Of a DNA stretch of 64,000 nt, positions 12,701 to 23,930 are shown one piece after another. The stretch's first letter is position 1. The number at the start of each line of letters is the position of its first letter. The notes beneath the pieces were generated by a model that saw only the letters and a list, made by a program, of their open reading frames with translations, searched no databases and was not told where the DNA came from. The DNA is from Tubulanus polymorphus (lineage: Eukaryota; Animalia; Nemertea): NCBI RefSeq assembly GCF_964204645.1, contig NC_134033.1:14888655-14952654 (forward strand), given 5' to 3'. Made by a program: the position numbers and the translations under genes.

Positions 12701-15700
12701 CTAGGTCTATAGAGAAATACGCCGGTATGAACACCGGCGGTTTCGACGTCGAAGCGTTCTTCAAATCGATCGGCAGTTTTTGCGGTATATTCTTCGGTTC
12801 GTACGCGATCGGAACAGTGATGGGCTGCGTGACGTCGTTGATGACGAAATATACGCACGTCAGAGACTACCCGTTACTGGAGACTGCTTTATTCTTCCTC
12901 ATGTCGTATAGTACGTTTCAATGTGCGGAGGCTGCTGATATGACTGGTGAGTATTCAATCTCTCTCCTCACGTCTCAATTCATCTGTTCAGATTCTCGAT
13001 GCATCTATTTATACCATGGTCCATCGTTGTGCGGCCCCTGGACCCAATCAGACATTCATTCTTCCTATTTGTGATCGTCTTCACCTAATAAACGCGAAAA
13101 AATCCCACAATTAATTCAGCCAAAACGAGAAACTTGAAATAGAAGAGCATTATATCAAGAGTATGTCGCTTAATGGTCAAAACTTCTTCAAACACAGAAC
13201 TTTGAACTTTGATATCAGACATTTTATCAGCACACTTTCATAAACTGATCATCCACACTTCACATGTGTTTAGCACTTCACCTGAGAAATTTTTTATCGA
13301 ACTACCAGACATAAGACATTTTTTATCAGTGCACTTTCAAAAACTGATCATCCACACTTCATCCGAGGCATTTTTAATTGAAAATGAACTGGAGTAACAT
13401 GTATGAACACCATACATTCATTCTCATGTCGCGTTTCTCTAATTCTTGTGTGTGTATATTTGCAGGTATCGTAGCCGTCTTATTTTGTGGTATAACTCAA
13501 GCTCATTACACGTACAACAACCTGTCGGTCGAATCGAAAGGTCGCACGAAACAACTGTTCGAATTGTTGAATTTTTGTGCGGAGAATTTTGTGTTTTTGT
13601 ACATCGGAGTTTCAACGTTTACATTCCAAAAACATGTGTGGGACGCTGGATTCATATTCACGGCTTTCGTATCCTTTCAGTTATCATTAACGATTAATTT
13701 TCTTGAAAAGCCCAGTGCCTGTAGTGCTTTACCTAGTCCGATTTAAATCTAGTCCTTCAATCCATTTGTTCATCAAAGCTTTTAATTAAACTCATTTTAG
13801 TTATCTCTGTTCTCCTTTTATATATGATATAAAGCCAATGAGCATATTTATATGGATTTTAGGCTGCATAAGTTATTATTATTATTATTATTATTATTGA
13901 TTATTTCTATTCCCATTCATTTTCTCTCCTCTCTCACTCTTTCCGTTACAAACCTTAACATATCGTTTCAGCTTGCTATTATTATAGCGCGTGCTATGAT
14001 GATTTACCCTCTTTCATTCTTTCTCAATCTCGGCAGAACGAATAAAATCAAAATGAACTTTCAACATATGATGGTGTTCGCCGGTAAGTAAAAGCCTCCT
14101 GCCTCTGCAACCCTAGAACCTCCTAGGAGCTGGTTGCGAAGTTAATATTTCTCAGATTAGTTTCTAAAGATACCTTGTTAAAGATAATTTGCTTATTATG
14201 CCGAACCATAGACTTAGTACTTTTGAGAAACAATCTTTCACATTTCTTGCTCCCTTCATTTGGAATGCTCTACCCAAAAACATTTGTCATGAACCCGATA
14301 TCGGAAAATTCAATGAAAAGCTCCTAAAAACATACCTGTTTAGGCTAAAAAAATTGATACCTTGTTTCTCCGCTCTGCTGAGCTTAAATGTTGACCCGGC
14401 CGGCCGCCTATCTGCCTATCTACATTACTTTTTTTTAAATCGTGATCAATTTTACCATAACAGACCCGGCCGCTATAGAAATGAACTGTTTACAAATTTT
14501 ATCATATTTTACAAAAATGACCCGGCCGCTGCGGAGAAACAAGGTATCATTTTTGTTTAGCCTTATTCCACTGGATTACTATAAAGCGTCTTTGAACATT
14601 GAATCAGTTAAATTGGCGCTATATAAATACTTTAATCAATTTAACCAACAATTTTTTGTGAAACCGTACTCAGTTCATTTTGCTGATTTAAATTCGTAGG
14701 ATTACGCGGAGCTATCGCGTTCGCGTTAGCGATCAGAAACACCGCCTCCGATCAGCGCAGACTGATGTTCTCTACGACGCTAGTCATCGTCATAGCGACG
14801 GTTGTCATGTGCGGCGGCGTTGTAACGTCGATGTTACAATGGTTAAAAATAAGGTAAGCACTAAACACCAGCTCCATCTATTATTCTACAAGTAAATTAA
14901 ACGTTTTAGAGCTGATAGTTTTATACTATAGCACTGGCATTCTACCCGTGGCACGGATTTAAACGTGATGGCATCGAGACTCGCCACGGTACGAAACCCT
15001 GCCACACTAGACCAGGTGTGCAGTTACATGTGCAGCTTTGATGATGTCATTATTAGCCAATCAGAAATCCCGCTTTATTTTATCCCAGGTTTTTCTATCG
15101 ATAGTTTATCCCTGAAATCTACCTCAGCGATTATACAGCAGGCAATCTGATATTTCCAGAATTTTGCCATTGAAGCAATCATATAACGAGCAACCTGATT
15201 GTTTCTGCAAGTTCTGCACACCCAGTCTTACTGTGAGTGTAGCGATGCCATCAGGTTCGAATCCCTGCAGGGAGATGCACAGTGCTGGAGATTATTTGAA
15301 TCACCACCCCAGTGAAGTAGTGTATTAACAGGCATATTTTTGGTCTATAAACCTGAAGTGCGTTGTATCATCAATTAGTAATATTTCACAATGTTTGACG
15401 TGTGCTGCCATCTTTCAATAGATTACAACTGATTAATAATAAGATGGATACACCGCACCGCGGGGTTGGATAATTTAGGGTACATGTACTGAAAGGGTTG
15501 ATTTCAGAATTTCAGTATATTTATATTGATATATCGATATTTTAGAGTCGGGGTTGAAGAAGAAGTCGATGCACAGAATTTCGAAGCCGTGCGAACTGTA
15601 AGTATTCAAACCCGCACCATTCGCAGCCCCACCTAGTTCACAAACACTGTACTAAACTCGAGGACACAGCTCCACAGTTCTCAATTAGAGTTTTACTTCA

Positions 15701-18700
15701 GAATTGCCGGTAACTATCGGTAATTAGAAATAGCTGGTATTAGCTCCTCGTGAAATCTTACAATTGTGGAACTGAGTCCGGAAAATGTATGCTAGAATAT
15801 TCCGTATAGAAACACATTGTGTTATTATTCATTATTCAATTGGCTTAGGATTTTACTAGCAATTTGGACTTCTCTTTTAGGGGTCAGGCAAACCTTTATA
15901 CCTTGTACCTTATAGTCTATAGTCCAGTAAGGGTAGAGTTTTAAGGGATTTGGGACGGCAGGGCAGTTAAATAGAGGCCAAGCGAGCATAACTGAGGAAT
16001 CTTTGAAGGCTGAGGATCAGTGTGGGGATGTAGAGAAGCTGGGAGTCGATCAAGAGAGGGGAGCATAAGTGTGGGGATCTAGAGATATCTGCTGGGGATG
16101 ATAAATACGGGGATCTAGAGATATCTGCTGGGGATGATGAATGTGGGGATCTAGAGATATCTGCTGGGGATGATAAATACGGGGATCTAGAGATATCTGC
16201 TGGGGATGATGAATGCGGGGATCTAGAGATATCTGCTGGGGATGATAAATACGGGGATCTAGAGATATCTGCTGGGGATGATAAATACGGGGATCTAGAG
16301 ATATCTGCTGGGGATGATGAATTCGGGGATCTAGAGATATCTGCTGGGGATGATAAATACGGGGATCTAGAGATATCTGCTGGGGATGATGAATACGGGG
16401 ATCTAGAGATATCTGCTGGGGATGATAAATACGGGGATCTAGAGATATGTGCTGGGGATGATAAATACGGGGATCTAGAGATATCTGCTGGGGATGATGA
16501 ATGCGGGGATCTAAAGAGGTCTGCTGGGGATGATACGGGGGGTGAATGGGGTTTATGAGATCCTGTAAACTAATGATTGTATACATTGGTGTCGCTGACA
16601 GGCAATGGTTCAACAAAGACGCTACAATTCGATGGATGAATCATGCGATAATCCACGATCGATTCAGGTCTATTCATCTATCTATATACATATCGCATTG
16701 TTGACATTGTTTATTTGCTCATATAAGCTTGCCAACGATAACGAACACGTTACTTATTAATCCCGGTTTTATTCGCAACTGCTGCTTGTTTTTAATTGTT
16801 ACGTCTGCGATATTCGATTGGATGCAACTCTTTGCGATTCCCGGGAACCCCGTCTCGGTTTGAAGCATGTCTCCTCTTTATAGTTAGTTATAGACACCAC
16901 ACGCAGCAGTGCTGTTTAGAATGGAACACCATCACTGCAGAAATCATGATCGAAATAATCGAAAAATTTGCTATAATTCAGTATCAGCAGCAATGGCGTT
17001 CCGTAGTTAGCTGTTATACGCACCACCAGCTATGTTCCCCTCCACTAAATACCTCTATTACCCGCCCTCTAGTGCACAGACTGTGAACTATTATCCTAAA
17101 ATGTTGATGTATAAATGTCTCTTGATCCTTGTATCGGAACCTATCCAGGTTTGATCCCGTGTCGGTACGTTCCTGTTGGGTTAGGTATCCCGCGCACGTC
17201 ACAGTCACGCACCGGTGCCTTAGGGTATTCATACATTAGCTGTCTAGGAGGGGGGTTTTGTACAGTTCCTGTCAGGGAGGAGTCACTGGTACCTGTGAGG
17301 GAGGGGGATCTTACACTGTAGAGGGAGTACAGGTTTGCACCAGTTATTTTCCCTATAACTCCTTGATTCCTTGAAAACTCCTTCTAAACAAAAAGTACTT
17401 TTCAAGGTCCTTGAATTTGAGCAAAGTATCCGAAAGTCTGTGGAAACTCCTTGAATTTTGAGAAATTGGCAATCAGAATATTTTTAGGTTTTAGGCCTAG
17501 TTGCACACACAGATTCTACCAAAATAAGTACCGATTTAGGAGGAGTCACCAGTAATTGAGATATGAAAGTGATGCATACACTTCTTAAAATTTGAAATTT
17601 TCTGCTTGAAAACTCCTTGAATTTTGGAATGACTCATCTGTAGGAACCCTATTATAATAAGTATAAACTGTAATGATGATAATAATGATGATGATGATGA
17701 TGATGATATTCTTGTATAGTTTGAAGTGAATACTACGTCTGCCTCACAACGATCGACGTCGTCGTTATGCTGTTTATTTAAACGTGAATATTCGTCAGTA
17801 TCGGTTATATTGCCCACTACTGGCTCGACGCCGGTAAGACTGACAGACGGACGGAGAGATAGAATGGTTATTCTTCTCGCTGGTCTTATCTATATATATT
17901 TATTAAACACATTTGGGGGCTAGTGGAATTATTGTTGAATGTTTCATCTTCTTAATCTAAATCTAAAGATGTGTCGATCTCTACTTTTTCTTTCAATGGT
18001 TTAAGCTTTTCACACTAGATATGGTCAGTTAAGTCCAGATCACAGTATCGTGTCAACTGGTCAGTATAGTGACCTATATAATTAATCAATATAGAGCGAC
18101 TTGTAAAGACCAGGTGGTGGTCAGTATGGTAGCCTGTAATGACCGGTTGGTGGTCAGTATGGTAGCCTGTAATGACCAGTCATTGGTCAGTATGGTAGCC
18201 TGTAATGACCAGTTGGTGGTCAGTATGGTAGCCTATAATGACCAGACAGTGGTCAGTATGGTAGCCTGTAATGACCAGTTGGTGGTCAGTATGGTAGCCT
18301 GTAATGACCAATTGGTGGTCAGTATGGTAGCCTATAATGACCAGACAGTGGTCAGTATGGTAGCCTGTAATGACCAGACAGTGGTCAGTATGGTAGCCTG
18401 TAATGACCAGTCATTGGGCAGTATGGTAGCCTGTAATGATTGCGGTGTAGTATATATATATGATTATTAAGGATTGTGCTCTGGTGTTATTGCGTTTGTT
18501 TATTTATTTTGCGTCTATAAATCTATTATTAAAACTGTCTCTGTTTTTCACAGCTGATTAATCAAGACACCGGCTTTGCTAACGATAGTATGCAACTTAC
18601 TGAATTTCCTCAGGTATTAAATAAAAAAACAGAGGATTTTACAAACAAACATCTGTTCTACAGTTCACAGTTGTCGATCACTCAGTGCATCATGAGCATT

Positions 18701-21700
18701 TTTGGCCCCAGCATCTTGAAAAATAAGCCAATCATTTTATCCAAATAAATCGGGATTTACCTTTTCAGTCATGCTGTTTATGACATGATTATAAGTGGTC
18801 ATTCATTCACTGAAAATTATGAATTTATTCCAAGATGTCCTACTGCACACTATCACACCTGGTGGATCCTCACTTGCCTCAAGTGGAATCTCGATCGATG
18901 CAGTTGTCGACGTCCTACTGTACACTGTACACTGGCGACACCTGGTGGATCCTCACTTGCCTCAAGTGAAATTGTTGATTGCCACAGTAGTTGATGTCAA
19001 AACTGCACACTAGTAACACCTGGTGGATCCTCACTTGCCACAGTAAGCTGTGGAGTCGTCATGAGTTTCATAAAACTGTAGTTCAGTTGTTTGTTGATAG
19101 GTGGATTGATTATATCTAGTGTCTCGTAACTAGTTACATTATTGTAATTGTTTACATTGTATAACATTTTACTACAGTGTATTTATTAACAGTAGTGATT
19201 TTACATAGTTCTTTAGAGATGTCTGATCTGTTGTTAGATCCTAATACATTGTATTATTTTTCGGTTTGGTTTGGTTTATGCTTGGCATGTGTACATTTCT
19301 AGGTGTTAGGTGTTCGTCAATAATAAATCATCGAGATTATCGTCACATTGAAGAGCGATTATCGTTCTGCGAAGAGTAATGAACAATGAACATGTTTATA
19401 ATTACAGCATAGTCCTAGCGAACCGCGAGTGGAAATGCAACCCGCGTATGAGAAAGCCTGGTTAGTGAAATATTGGTACGCTTTCGATCACAAGTAAGTG
19501 TCTATCTAAACCCCACCCCATTCCTGTCATTCCAATGCGAACCCCGTCCTCCAGCTGTCGTTCTGACGAGAGCTTCTCCAGTCACTCAAATTAGAACCCC
19601 TTCCCTCCACATGTCACTCTAACAGGAAAGGTCCCCCTCCACCTGTCACATGGATGAGAGCCCCTCCCTCCACATGTCGCTCCAATGAGAGTCTCACCCT
19701 ACACATGTAACTCTGATGAGAGTCCCTCCCTTCAGTCACTCCAAGGAGGAAGTTCTGCCCTCTACCTCTCACTCCAATGAGATCCCCTCCCTCAACCTAT
19801 CAATCCAAAGGAGTGAGTCCCGCCCTCTAGCTGTCGCTTTGATTAGAGCCTAGCCCTCCACCTCTCACTCCAATGAGACCCCTCCCCAACGTATCACTCC
19901 AATGGGTCCCACCTCTTACCGTTAATATTTGATTTCTATTTCGACCGTTTGTTTACAGATTTTTGAAGCCTTTATTAACTCACAGTCGGCCGCTATTAGA
20001 AGAGTCGTTGCCTCGTTGCTGTCATCCGTTGGCACGGTTACTAACCACCGAACAACAGCTGTCTCAGGTACGCTGCTCGCATCTCGCATTTAGTTGTACG
20101 TCGTCTTGTGAGCGTATTGTGCCTTCTGAGTACCTGGCCGAAGGTCCAGAAATTTGAAATTTGTGTAAAGTCACATGCAGGCAAATATTGACAAGATTGA
20201 AAATGTTGTGGGGAAATCTTGCGATAGGCTGGATCCGGCAACTGGAAATTGTTGATCTGATTTTCTCCGACTGTGTGGATTTATTTACAGGATGATAAAG
20301 TACGCGAAGACAGCGACACGGATTTAATCATCGACGATAGTGAATTAACTATTTCTATAGAACACGTAAACACTGCTGCTGATACAGAAACACACCCAAA
20401 TAATACCGAGGTAAGGATCGACGACGTTGAAATACGACGAAGCAAAATACGACTTAAATACCGAATACATCGCAAAAATACGCAGTAATATCTTATAAAT
20501 ACTGTCTAACATCAACCTGATTATATATCACAATCAATAATGAACTATTGAGAAACTCCGGACCTGAACTCCGAGCCTGATTGGAATTTACTCGCCACAG
20601 GCTATCGGACTAGCTCTTAGAACAAACCCGGGTGTTAAACTGGGAAGAAGGATGGTCTGCTCCGTGTGGAGTATTGGGAGGTCTGCTCCATGTGCAGTAT
20701 TGGGAGGTCTGCTCCATGTGCAGTATTGGGAGGTCTGCTCCGTGTGGAGTATTGGGAGGTCTGCTCCATATGCAGTATTGGGAGGTCTGCTCCATGTGCA
20801 GTATTGGGAGGTCTGCACCGTGTGGAGTATTGGGAGGTCCGCTCCATGTGCAGTATTGGGAGGTCTGCTCCATGTGCAGTTTTGGGAGTTCCGCCCATGT
20901 GGAGTATTGGGAGGTCCGCTCCATGTGGAGCGAAGGGAGGTCTACTCCATGTGTAGTATTGGGAGGTTTGCTCCATGTGGTGGATTGAGAGTTCTGCTAT
21001 ATAAACCTTTCCCTATGCAATGTCAGGCGTTTTTCTGTGTTAACTGTTGTACGTCTAGTTGCATGATTCACTATAATTCGTTGTCGTTATTTTTTCCGAA
21101 TGGTTTTTGATTTCTATATTTTGCTTTCAATCTCATAAAGTCCTCCGGCGTACGAGGTCAGGAGGTGGTGCCCCCTAGTGATAGGAAACCGCAGGTGGAG
21201 GGTACCCCGCTATGGATTTAAGGTGTGTGCTTTATATGCATGTTGTTGTCTCTGACTGTTGTACCTTGCAATCTACTCCTGCGACCTCTGTTTTACTCAA
21301 AGCACCCCTTTCATGTCCGCATATATCTATCTAAACCGCTGTCCAGTTACTGACTCGAAACCGCAGTCCGGTTACTGACTCGAAACCGCAGTCCAGTTTC
21401 TGAGTAAATGGTAGTCTGGTTACTGACTATGCCATAGTCTGGATATTGTCAAAACCACAGGCAACTGACTGATTCATAGTCAGTGCAGGTACTGACTATA
21501 AAATCACAGTCCAGTTACTGACTAAACTGCAGTCCAGTTACTGACTAAACCACAGTCCAGTTACTGACTAAACCACAGTCCAGTTACTGACTAAACCGCA
21601 GTCCAGTTATTGACTAAACCGCAGTCCAGTTACTGACTAAACCACAGTCCAGTTACTGACTAAACCACAGTCCAGTTACTGACTAAACCACAGTCCAGTT

Positions 21701-23930
21701 ACTGACTAAACTGCAGTCCAGTTACTGACTAAACTGCAGTCCAGTTACTGACTAAACCACAGTCCAGTTACTGACTAAACCACAGTCCAGTTACTGACTA
21801 AACCGCAGTCCAGTTATTGACTAAACCGCAGTCCAGTTACTGACTAAACCACAGTCCAGTTACTGACTAAACCACAGTCCAGTTACTGACTAAACCACAG
21901 TCCAGTTACTGACTAAACTGCAGTCCAGTTACTGACTATGTCACAGTCCAGTTACTGTCACAACCACAGTCCAGTTAATACTGACTAGCTGCAAACGTGG
22001 CCATTCCATTTCTCATTTAGCGATTACTTTCTTGACTGGGAATTTTTGTTCTCTGCTTTTATCGTTACAGACTGAGGAGGAGGAGAACGAAGATACCGTA
22101 TTCGATGATGATTCTCCTCTCCTCGTAGCGTAGCGCACCAGACAGGCGGTGCTGCCCTCTACGGGCTCAAGTAAGGCCCGCATTAATGTCAACCTAAATG
22201 TCTCTAACCCGAGCACTGTCTGCGTAATTTCCTATCCAGTAATTACCATAACTTCATGTACTTCATCATTCTAATCAACTCTATCGTTTACTGGTTAGGC
22301 GTGTTGGTTCGGGCCGACTGAGCTGACTGGTCGTCTCAGTTCCCCGGTCAACTGGTCAACTCAATCATCCAACCGCACGCGCCTTACCTATATATCCTCG
22401 CTTGCCGCAGTCTACTCTCTTATAACCGACTAATGTTTTTGTAAAACTAAAAACGGGATATTTTCATGTAGGACGACGAGGAAATGCAGGCCTTGCTACC
22501 GGCGCCATCTACCGACTTCACACGACTATAAGGTTGATCTCATATAAGTTCGGGGGTGTTTGGGTGAACTCATATCGTATATATCAGGGGGTGACAGGGC
22601 GGTTTACTGAGCACGATATTGTATTACGTATTCAGTGTTTGTTTCGTTCATTTGTTTCGTTGGGTTTTTTTTTTTTTTTGAGAAAGTTTTCTTGTCTTCG
22701 TTTCATTAAACTAATTACGTATATTGATTTTTATTTTTCTTATTTCCGTGTTTGAATTATAGGTGTCACTGTTTGACCCGCAGAATAATTCAAGGTACAC
22801 ACACGAAACATGCGTGTTTTTAACGATCACTTCTGAGCTTTCTTTCTATTTTACATTTTCATCGCTTCCTCCTTTTTCTCGACGAATCATCCCTCACTTG
22901 CCAGGGAACGTACACCGATTATGGTACACGGATTTTATAACCCTCTCTTGCATCGCTTCATACATACATCACAATCACTGACAATCATTTTACAAAAATG
23001 AAAAACAAAATTTTGATCTTTCTCTGTCACTTGTCGTGTTTGGTCTCTAAGGTTTGGTGTCGGGTAAAATTCTGTTTTGGTTTAACTTTCGCCTTAGAAC
23101 TAATTAATCCTCATCTAAACTGTAAACATATTTTATGACCACAATTTGGTCAGCCTAATGCATGCATAGGTATTCAGGGCCGTGCCAAGCTTTTTTGAGG
23201 GGCAGTTCTATTTCAAGAAAAAGTGCACTTTTTCACCGTGAGAAGGGGCACTTTCCTTTTGAAAAAGGGCACATCTTAAATATGTACCTGAATGAATAAT
23301 TTGAGATTACTTTTCATTTAAAGAAAAAAAAAACATGACAATTGTATCCAAATTTTTCGAAAAGTTTTGACCCATGGACCCAAATTTTTTCACACTGACT
23401 TTTTGAAGGGCTCTGAAAATTTTAGGGGGTTCGTTCGCTACCCATGAACAAGCGCCTCGGCACATCTCTGGTGGTATCGATCTGCTGCTGGAACCCACCC
23501 TCAAATGAACTTCAGTAAACCAGAAATTAGCCATTAAAATGTCGCACTGAAAAACTGATCATCCATAAATACTTAAAATGGTGAATGTGCGATCCAGGCT
23601 GCAGATTGATGACATCATAAGATTGAATAATATAGTACAGAAAACCTTGCCTCACTCCGACAAACTGGGACCGGTAAAATTGGTCCAAGTCAAGAATCGA
23701 AAGATAAATTAGAAAGTTAGATAATTAGTCACGAGTCGACCGTGTCTGAGAAAGGCGATGTTTACTGTATTGTAGGTACATTTGTCTGACACGTATATAT
23801 ATCTGTGTTGTATTTCTAGTCCCCTATAGAGGAAGGAGACCTCAGTCAAGGAAGCGATACCAACCTAACGTCTGCAGCGATACGCCCGACCAGAATCCGC
23901 ATCGCCGGCATCAACGGCGACGCCGTATAG
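6715..23930 (+). CDS. SLC9A6/7/9-like: Endosomal sodium/hydrogen exchanger (SLC9A6/7/9, Drosophila Nhe3 class)
   Basis: Core exons: 6715-6979, 8680-8918, 9521-9598, 11512-11588, 11770-11867, 11974-12079, 12705-12946, 13466-13668, 13972-14083, 14700-14853, 15546-15597, 19408-19493, 19959-20067, 20291-20410, last exon 23820-23930. Motifs: signal peptide, [102 protein letters not shown]. Confidence 0.96.
8038..8167. mobile_element. Harbinger-like MITE (GGCCCRGTTTCACAAAAAAG TIR)
   Basis: Inverted termini with CAG/CTG flanks; related partial copies near 7565-7667, 9025-9147 and 41075-41200. Confidence 0.75.
8422..8641. mobile_element. MITE family B (Tourist/PIF-Harbinger-like, ~220 bp)
   Basis: TIR GGCTAAA..A(A/T)TGATACCTTGTTTCTCCGC, TAA target duplication. 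Confidence 0.9.
9825..10572. repeat. Family A MITE derivative with ~14 internal 45-bp tandem units
   Basis: Unit gagcttagactggtcttaagttgttagattggctatagaaccaaatt equals the family A interior; decayed family A ends on both sides. Confidence 0.85.
11164..11273. mobile_element. Harbinger-like MITE family C nested in a family D element (~11020-11400)
   Basis: TIR GGTCCGGTTCCAC...GTGGAACTGGATC, perfect CTG duplication; an uninterrupted host relative is at ~58513-58684. Confidence 0.78.
12254..12391. mobile_element. MITE family A, nested in the TIR of another MITE (~12247-12508)
   Basis: Perfect CAG target duplication; removing it restores GAGCCAGTTGCTC...GAGCAACTGACCC. Confidence 0.85.
13669..13971 (+). 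other. U12-type (minor spliceosome) GT-AG intron in the NHE gene
   Basis: Donor GTATCCTTT; branch-site CCTTAAC at 13953-13959, about 12 nt before the 3' end; phase 0 join gives ...FTAF|LAIIIAR. Confidence 0.9.
14160..14645 (+). mobile_element. 5'-truncated LINE (L2/CR1-group) 3' end
   Basis: ORF2 C-terminal signature [15 protein letters not shown]......F...LKTYLF; after the MITE, the tail aagcg..ttgaac...ggcgctatataaat. Confidence 0.7.
14343..14562. mobile_element. MITE family B inserted in a LINE 3' end
   Basis: Same TIR, TTA duplication. Confidence 0.9.
14940..15275. mobile_element. ~300-bp palindromic repeat with tRNA-like ends
   Basis: Copies at ~29415-29725 (reverse) and ~59915-60220; ends contain gatgccatcaGGTTCGAATCCC. 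Confidence 0.7.
16070..16535. repeat. Minisatellite, 36-bp unit, ~13 copies
   Basis: ggggatctagagatatctgctggggatgataaatac. Confidence 0.95.
16602..16667 (+). CDS. Candidate NHE tail exon ([22 protein letters not shown])
   Basis: cag| ... |gtctat, 66 nt, phase 0/0, open frame between exons ending 15597 and starting 19408. Confidence 0.6.
17720..17833 (+). CDS. Candidate NHE cassette exon ([10 protein letters not shown]...TGSTP)
   Basis: tag| ... |gtaaga, 114 nt, phase 0/0, open. Confidence 0.55.
18105..18440. repeat. Minisatellite, 33-bp unit, ~10 copies
   Basis: ggtcagtatggtagcctgtaatgaccagttggt. Confidence 0.95.
18554..18613 (+). CDS. Candidate NHE cassette exon ([20 protein letters not shown])
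   Basis: Strong acceptor ctgtttttcacag, donor gtatta, 60 nt, phase 0/0, open. Confidence 0.55.
18835..19045. repeat. Degenerate ~80-bp tandem repeat, 3 copies
   Basis: acacctggtggatcctcacttgcc occurs three times. Confidence 0.85.
19525..19915. repeat. Degenerate ~40-bp minisatellite
   Basis: Recurring cactccaatgagagtccctccctccacctgt-like unit. Confidence 0.75.
20655..20980. repeat. Minisatellite, 26-bp unit, ~12 copies
   Basis: gtattgggaggtctgctccatgtgca. Confidence 0.95.
21335..21985. repeat. Minisatellite, 23-bp unit, >20 copies
   Basis: ctaaaccacagtccagttactga. Confidence 0.95.
22071..22133 (+). CDS. Alternative NHE last exon A ([20 protein letters not shown])
   Basis: Polypyrimidine acceptor ...ttacag, phase 0 matches donor at 20410, acidic dileucine end. 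Confidence 0.65.
   Translation, partial: TEEEENEDTVFDDDSPLLVA
22472..22531 (+). CDS. Alternative NHE last exon B ([19 protein letters not shown])
   Basis: Acceptor ttttcatgtag, phase 0, ExxxLL motif plus C-terminal TRL. Confidence 0.6.
   Translation, partial: DDEEMQALLPAPSTDFTRL

Noticed and set aside
16050-16616. 188-aa minus-strand ORF with [12 protein letters not shown] repeats
   Set aside because: Translation of a stop-free 36-bp intronic minisatellite; no gene structure.
18069-18470. 133-aa ORF with [10 protein letters not shown] repeats
   Set aside because: 33-bp minisatellite; no convincing splice sites.
19560-19740. CTGACGA/CTGATGA words suggesting more hammerheads
   Set aside because: No stem II or GAAA follows; they are part of a minisatellite.
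20588-21110. Six overlapping ORFs
   Set aside because: Artefact of a 26-bp tandem repeat.
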